From the human T2T-CHM13v2.0 reference genome, Homo sapiens, in the NCBI RefSeq assembly GCF_009914755.1, contig NC_060925.1: DNA of 64,000 nt. One strand, 5' to 3'. Numbering within the stretch: position 1 is the stretch's first letter; each line of letters begins with the position of its first letter. A program made the position numbers and the translations under genes. Below the pieces are notes generated by a model that was not told the origin of the DNA, did not search any database, and saw only the letters and a list, made by a program, of their open reading frames with translations. Shown one piece after another: positions 56,144 through 64,000 of this stretch.

Positions 56144-56613
<470 letters not shown>

Positions 56614-57252
56614 TTAATGGTAAGTTAAGTACAATACATATATTTGCTTCAGCCATTAAAAATTATTACAAGGCAGTGTAGAAAATGCTTATGATGACAT
56701 ATGAATAGAACAGAATGCAAGCTTATGCTTTGTTTACAATTAAATTATTCTTGGGCATAAAAACAGATATGTCTGAAGGAAACATATTTTTAAAAAGTAA
56801 TTTTAGAGCCAGGCACGGTGGGTCATGCCTGTAATCCCAGCACTATGGGAGGCTGAGGCGGGCGGATCACCAGAGGTCGGGAGTTCAAGACCAGCCTGAC
56901 CGACCTATGGAGAAACCCTGACTCTACTAAAAATACAAAATTAGCCGGGCATGGTGGCACATGCCTGTAGTCCCGGCTACTCAGGGGGCTGAGGCAGGAG
57001 AATCGCTTGAACCTGGGAGGCGGCGGTTGCGGTGAGCCGAGATCGCACCATTGCACTCCAGCCTGGGCAACAAGAGCAAAACCATCTCAAAAAAAAAAAA
57101 AAAAAAGTAATTTTAGGCTGGATGCAGTGGCTCATGCCTGTAATCCCAGCACTTTGGGAGGCCGAGGCAGGTGAATCACCTGAGGTCAGGAGTTCAAGAC
57201 TAGCTTGGGCAACGTGGCAAAACTCCATCTTTATTAAAAATACTAAAATTAG

Positions 57253-57711
<459 letters not shown>

Positions 57712-57875
57712 TAGCTAATTTTTGTATTTTTAGTAGAGACGGGGTTTCACCATGTTGGTCAGGCTGGTCTTGAACTCCTGACCTTGTGATCTGTCCACAT
57801 CAGCCTCCCAAAGTGCTGGGATTACAGGCATGAGCCACCATGCCCGGCTCTTTTTTTTTTCTTTTTCTTTTTTGA

Positions 57876-58094
<219 letters not shown>

Positions 58095-59157
58095 TAATAT
58101 TGAAAGTCTGAATTAGAGATCTCTTTTAACCCTTTCTGTAATGGACACTTAAAATGACTCTGATAATTATTATTGTTTTCTATTAATAACAGTGAAGTTT
58201 AAACAGGTGTTTAGACAGAGGCAAGGGTCTGGATTTGTTTGAACTGCTTTAGATCTTATGATACTGATTTTTGCTATGTGCTAATAAGTGGAGGGATAAA
58301 GTACTCCTGCATTTGACAATTTTTATAAGTTGTTACTTTCACTGGTCTTTGTGAACAGCTGGACACTGGTCAGTTCTATGCACTCTCCTCTCCTGTTTTT
58401 ATTATTCTCACATCACAGTTATTTTTGTCATAATTATAGGGCTTTTTGAAGACCTGGGACATCATTTTTTGCATTTTCTAATTTGGAAAGAAATAAGTGA
58501 GCATTTGATGATTTGAATTTTCAAGAATTGCAAAGGAATAAGTGTTATTCACACTGTAAGAGGGTATAAATAGGCACAAAGTGGTACTTTGAATATAAAG
58601 CATGTTCACAGATTTAGCAATAGGATTTGTTATGTGGAAAGCCTGTAGTGGGAAATTTTAAAAGGAAAGGAAAGGGAAATAAGAAAGGTACCAACATACA
58701 TTTAGAACCTATTATATGCTACATTTTATACATATAATTTCATTTAATCTTCATAAAAGCCATATGAAGGAAATACTGTATTAGCATTTCTATTTTACAT
58801 GTGAGAAAAACTAAGACCTAGAGAGTTTAAATTATTCCCATAAGGTCATCTGACTAGAGAATAATCAAGTTGAAATAGGAACACAGAAGTGCCACATTTA
58901 AAAAAATTACATATAAACACACAAATGGAACCTTTTAACCAGTACTTAGCTGGAACATCGTATAGAATATATATTATAAATTACCTTACTTTGTCTCTTT
59001 ATGCTTAGGCAGGTCATACGGATCCTGCCATATGATGTCAGCTGTAACCATTAGGCATAAAAATCTTGAGGTCATTCTTATAAACAGATTAAAATGTGTT
59101 GTTGCAAAAGTTGAATGGCTCTAGATTATTTTCTGAATTTGGATATGAATCATATAG

Positions 59158-59436
<279 letters not shown>

Positions 59437-59829
59437 TGACCTCAGGTGATCCACCTGCCTTGGCCTCCCAAAGTGCTGGGATTACACACATGAGCCACTG
59501 CACCTAGTCCCAGTCATACATTTATTTATGCAATAACTTTACTTTTCAAGGAAGCAATAAGCAAATATTTACTGAGTACTATGTTTCAGACACAATATTG
59601 AAGATACCAGTATTAAAAATAATTTAGCTCATTATTCCATGGAGTTTACATTCTAGTGTGGGGAAATGGAGAATAAGTTCAATCAGTGCAGTAGATTGTG
59701 TTGTGATAAAGATATATGGCATATGGTAAGATATTTCAGCAGTATAATTTAAGTTCAGGTGTGCAAATATGTAATTTTCTTAATTTTTAGAACTGACTTT
59801 ACTTTTTTACTCTAAGCCTGTAGCTTAGA

Positions 59830-60028
59830 GAACTGGGGAAGGTACTTAGATGGTATATGGAATATAGTGGGGTATTTTTAGTTGTCAGAATGACTGAGGT
59901 TGCTACTGGCATTTAGCAACCTGTGCATACCAAGACTGCTAAACATCTTGCTATGCCCAGGACAGTACTGTCCTATGAAGAACTGGCCCACCTAAAATGC
60001 CAAGAGTGCCCCTGTTGAGAAGCACTGA
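59830..60028. mobile_element. hAT-Charlie (MER20-like) fragment
   Basis: gttgtca...gctactggcatttag...gctaaacatc...gttgagaagcactg motifs. Confidence 0.5.
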
Positions 60029-60474
60029 CTAACCTGGCTCATGGTAGACAATTTCATCTTGATCTTTTTAGGCAAAATTGACTATTATCCAGTAATTTCA
60101 AATTCAGGATTATTTAAACTATCCCAAACCTGGCTCAAATCTCTTAGATTCTGCCCATCTCCTCTGTGATACTAATTCTTATGACCTATGAATCTCACTA
60201 CGTCATAGTCTGGCGTTGAAGAGTCATCTACTTTTCTAGCTAACTCCTGTGCTTTCCTCTAATCTCATTGGAAACGTAAAGGATCTCTCTATACTGTTCT
60301 TCGGCCTGTGGGATATTGAGAAAGATGGGTATTCTTGGGTTCTTCTGTGTTTACTCCATTTGCTGCTCCCTTGCTTGCTTTTTTTTTTTTAAGATACTTT
60401 GTTTTTTATTCAAAAATCATTATTTGAGATTATTGTCCCAAAGCCTAACTCACTACTTCTGAATGTTCCCAACT

Positions 60475-60865
60475 ATATTAGTTTGCTACAGTTAGCAAAA
60501 TACCACAAATTGGGCAGCTTAAGCAGAAATTTATTATCTCACAGTTATTAGAAGTCTGAAATTAAGGTGATAGCAGGGTTGGTTCCTCCTGGGGGCTGTA
60601 CGGAAAAGATCTCTTCCATGTCTCTCTCCTTGGTTTGTAGATCGACATCTTCATGTTCATATGGTGGTGTTCTTGTATGTATACCTGTGTCCATATTTGC
60701 CTCTTTTATAAGGGTATCAGTCATGTTGGATTAGGAGACTACCCTAATCACTTCATTTTGATTACCTCTGTAGAGACCCTATCTTCAAATAAGGTCACAT
60801 TCTAAGGTGTTAGGAGTTAAGACTTCAGCTTAAGTATTTGTGGGGGATACAGTTCAACCCATAAA
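60475..60865. mobile_element. MLT1-type MaLR LTR
   Basis: aaataccacaaattggg...aataaggtcacattct...acagttcaacccata. Confidence 0.7.
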
Positions 60866-60963
60866 AGCAACTAATTTTTTTAAATTTTTTTCTAATTTAA
60901 AAAGTACAGAAAAAACTAATCAAAATAAAATAAAAATATCCCAATACAACATTTAAAAAATTA

Positions 60964-61317
<354 letters not shown>

Positions 61318-62098
61318 TCATCCTCCAACTTGACTATATTTTTCTTTTCCATGTCAATCGGTACATACAGAACTATTTCATTCTTTTTATGGGAACGGGA
61401 TTCCATTTTATGGGTATACTGCAGTTTAATTAGCTGTTACACTACTGATGAACACTTGGGTTGTTTACAACTTTTATTATAAACAATATGGAGATAATTC
61501 TTGTGTAGATCTCTTTGCACATGTGGATGTTTTCAGTAGTGTAAAATTTTAAAACTGTGTGCTGAGTCATACTGAATAAACACTTCCAATTTTAAAAGAT
61601 ATTGTCAAATTAACCTACCAGCGTATATTACTACCAGCAGAATCTAAGAGCTATACCCTCACCACCGTTAGATATTATCAGTGTTTAAAAAAAAAATCTT
61701 TGCTAGTCTCATAGTAAAAACATACTATAAAACTCATTGTTTTATTTTGTCATGTGTGGTATTTACTATATCTGTTGGCCATTTTATTTATTTTTTCTGT
61801 GTATTTACCAATGTGAGTTCTTTGCCTTATTTCCTTGGAGGTATTTGTTGGTTATTGAAGCTCATGTTTTTATCATAAATTAATTTTTTTGTAATAATTG
61901 TAGTAGCTCATTAAGGTTTCCCAAATCCATTCTTATTCTCTTCCTTTTTTTTCTCCCTACACTGTGCCCATACAGATCTGATCATGTCTTTCTCTTTGAT
62001 TAAAATGCTTAAGTGGGGGCTGGGCACGGTAGTTCACATCTGTAATCCCAGCACTTTGGGAGGCTGAGCCGGGCAGATCACCTGAGGTCAGGAGTTCA

Positions 62099-62335
<237 letters not shown>

Positions 62336-63496
62336 CTATTAAAAAGGTCAAAACAGATCCTACAGAGCCTTTGCTTGGTCTGGCCTCAGCATATTCCATG
62401 CATCCCTTAACTCTTGGGGCCTCAAGCCATATTAACTTTTTTTAGTTATTTGGTGGGTCCATGCTTCTTCCCCTAATAGGAACTGTGTACATACTATTTC
62501 CTCTACTATTACTGTCTCTTCTTGGCACCTCTTTGTTCACAGAAAACTCTTACCCATCCTTCAGATTTGATGTCTTGTCATTTCCTAAATCTTCCCTGAC
62601 CTTGCCAATCTAGGCTAGAGCCTAGATTACATGATCTTATTTCACCATTTACCACTTTTGAAACACGTGATTTATATTCACTTGTATGGTTTTTCTTTTT
62701 CTTTCTTTCTTTTTTTTTTTTTTTTTTGAGACAGGGTTTTGCTGTGTTACCCAGACAGGAGTGCAGTGGCCATTCACAGGTGCAGTCATAGTGTAGTGTG
62801 TCTTCAAACTCCTGGCTTCAAGCCATCTTCCTGCCTCAGCCTCCCATGTAGCTGGGACAATAGGTGTACTCCTCTATGCCCAGCCTTGTGTTATTATTTG
62901 ATTTTAGGTTATAACCTGAAACCCTTGCACTAAATTGCATTGCATGAAGGCAAGGACCATGTCCGTTTTGTTTTCTGCCACATCCCCATTGGGTAGCTTG
63001 GTGCCCAGTACATAGTAAGAGTTCATATATTTGTGGAATAAATGAGTGAATGATGGATTCTTGGTTTTGTCTCTTTATTAGAAAGGTTATTGAAGGATTT
63101 TAAGAAATTTAACATTATTAGATTTATTTTTTAGAAAGTTCAGTCTTTGTTTGGAAGATTAATTGGAAAGGCAGATGTGAAGATTAGGAGAACAGTTAGG
63201 TTATCATCATGATCGTTTAGTCCTCAGATAATAACAGCCTGAACAGAGGCAGCAATGTTAGAGATAGGAGAAGATGTGATTTTGGAAGAACAATTTCAGA
63301 GGAAAACTAACAGGACTTAATGACTGACTGGATGTGGTCATGGCGAGGGAGAAGGAAAAGTCAAGACTCAAAATTTAAATGAAATATGTAATTTAGTATG
63401 AAGTAGTATTACAGAGTAGTTAACTATAGAGCCATTGCAGTCATACAGATTAATCATGTAATTTACTAGCTGTATGACCCTGGTAATTTTACTTAA

Positions 63497-63795
63497 TGTC
63501 TTAGTCCATTCGGGCTGCTATAACAAAATACCATAGACTAGATGGCTTATAAATAACAGAGATTTGTTACAGTCTGGAGCCTGGTAAGTCCAAGATCAAG
63601 GCAACGGTAGATTTGGTATCTGGCGAGGGCCTGCTTACTTATAGACAGCTGTGTTCTCACTCTAACTTCACAGGGCAGAAGGGTGAGGAGTCTCCCTCAG
63701 GCTTCTTTTATAGGGCACTAATCCCATATGCCCCACTACCTAATACCATCTCTTTTGGGGTTAAGATTTCAACATAGGAGTTTTGGAACATTCAT
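63497..63795. mobile_element. MLT1A-type MaLR LTR
   Basis: tgtcttagtccattcgggctgctataacaaaatacc...aagtccaagatcaagg. Confidence 0.7.
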
Positions 63796-64000
63796 CTGTT
63801 TACCTAACTGCTAATTGTAAATGAGTGTCTTCATGGAATTTTTGAGGTTAAATGTAACACATGTAAAGTGCCTAGTAGTCATATAGTTTGCTGTGAACTT
63901 GAGGAAGTCATTTAACCATCTAAACTCAGTTTCTTCTGATAGAAAATAAGGATAATATGTATACCCTTTGTTCTCCCTGTATCACAGGGATATCTCCCTA

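Overview
Primate (almost certainly human, chr1p32) genomic DNA inside ZFYVE9/SARA on the + strand. The window holds three consecutive exons: a non-coding 5' UTR exon (17875-17980), the start-codon exon (34676-34781) and a 2108-nt coding exon (38993-41100) that ends halfway through the FYVE domain. The rest is intron: more than 45 Alus, old L1/L2/MaLR/DNA-transposon relics, a full-length but defective antisense HERV-IP10-like provirus (18528-27249) nested in a MER4 LTR, and two head-to-head processed pseudogenes (DNAJC19 and ANAPC10). Nearly all short ORFs in the supplied track are Alu/L1 artefacts. I see no evidence for a wholly new biological system. The best leads are a fully TSD-resolved nested retroelement complex, a 902-bp Alu-Alu tandem duplication, a 5' UTR uORF, an intronic read-through that mimics the missing FYVE half, and an ANAPC10 retrocopy that lacks only its C-terminus. 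Repeat subfamily names and exon numbering are from memory and need RepeatMasker/BLAST confirmation; boundaries not defined by TSDs or splice sites are approximate.
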